64,000 bases of DNA, taken from Felis catus. Its lineage: Eukaryota. A program made the position numbers and the translations under genes. This document shows, in pieces, positions 63,271-64,000 of this stretch; position 1 is the stretch's first letter, and each line of letters begins with the position of its first letter. The notes under the pieces are model-generated. The model was not told where the DNA came from. It was given only the letters and a program-made list of their open reading frames with translations, and did not search any database. The stretch lies in assembly GCF_018350175.1 (NCBI RefSeq), contig NC_058373.1, positions 99,884,001 to 99,948,000 of the forward strand, read 5' to 3'.

Positions 63271-64000
63271 CAGCCTAAATCTGCTCCTTCTTACCACTAC
63301 TTTTGCTAACTAAAGGGAAATCACTGGACAGAAAAAAATGATTTCTGTAAAACCACCTCTGAAGTAGTCGCATTTATATTATGTAAAAACTGATGCTAGA
63401 ACCAAGTATAAACATTATAATATTATAAACATTAGTGGACAGTCCAGCCTTTAGATTACCTCTTAAGCTGATCAGTTGGTTATAAATAAAACATACTCTG
63501 AAAACTACTGGTCTAGCGCTTTCGATCTTAGTTAAATGCACAATGACAGCAGAACAGAACATAGTGGGTGACTATCCATGTGTCAGGTGAATAAGTCTCT
63601 TATTTCTTAAAGATCTGGAGTTCAGTATTTACTTTTCAAAAGTCATTGACTTCATGGGCAGAAATGGAGCTTGATCATCAAAAGTATACATCACCAGTGT
63701 TCATGATGGAAGATTTAAGCTCAGAAATCACAATTAGGAATACTATAATAAGCAAGATAAACTAGGGAGGGGGCTTACCAACTCCATCTGGACCTGAAAA
63801 CAAGCCATGAATGCAGAATGTGATATAGATGTATTACTGTATGTATTGTATACTGTATTGTATACATACATACTGTATGTATGTATTGTATATGTAATAA
63901 TCTCCAAATGTTCAGTCCTTCATTCTGAGGCAAGTGAAATATCTGAGTTCCACATTCTACAAATAAAGCAACTTACATGGCTAAAAGAGCAACAACATGG

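Noticed and set aside
63832..63895. 12-bp inverted repeat atacatacatac-t-gtatgtatgtat
   Set aside because: It lies in low-complexity TA/TG/CA sequence where such symmetry is expected by chance.
1..64000. A novel prokaryotic-type system (CRISPR, defence island, retron, operon)
   Set aside because: The DNA is mammalian with spliceosomal introns. The recurring ~200-bp units are dispersed SINEs with TSDs rather than a repeat-spacer array, and all RT/endonuclease motifs belong to L1.
62715..64000. A further upstream TXNDC16 exon
   Set aside because: I found no segment with a matching translation and splice sites. The next exon probably lies beyond the window.

Overview
This is mammalian genomic DNA from a cat-family (felid) genome, judged from carnivore tRNA-derived SINEs (Can-SINE/SINEC, including young felid-type copies) and carnivore/felid LINE-1. 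It is AT-rich, CpG-poor and dominated by repeats. The only host gene I can support is TXNDC16 (ERp90) on the minus strand. Its last four coding exons are 62714-62576, 58263-58103, 45387-45197 and 24429-24161. They have GT-AG boundaries and compatible phases, and splice to 252 uninterrupted codons plus a stop. A probable 3' UTR runs to about 22350, and positions 1-22.3 kb are downstream intergenic sequence. The last two introns are heavily inflated by L1 insertions. I found no prokaryotic-type system, CRISPR array or RNA gene, and no convincing new biological system. The best second-look items are: (i) the protein ends NKEL-stop followed in frame by FSKEL-stop; (ii) two tandem L1 copies differ at many sites yet share the same ORF2 nonsense lesions; (iii) a tail-less internal L1 fragment sits between perfect direct repeats; (iv) twin-primed and multiply nested retroelements. 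Repeat subfamily names and the human TXNDC16 comparison come from memory and need RepeatMasker/BLAST confirmation. Boundaries of old repeats are approximate.
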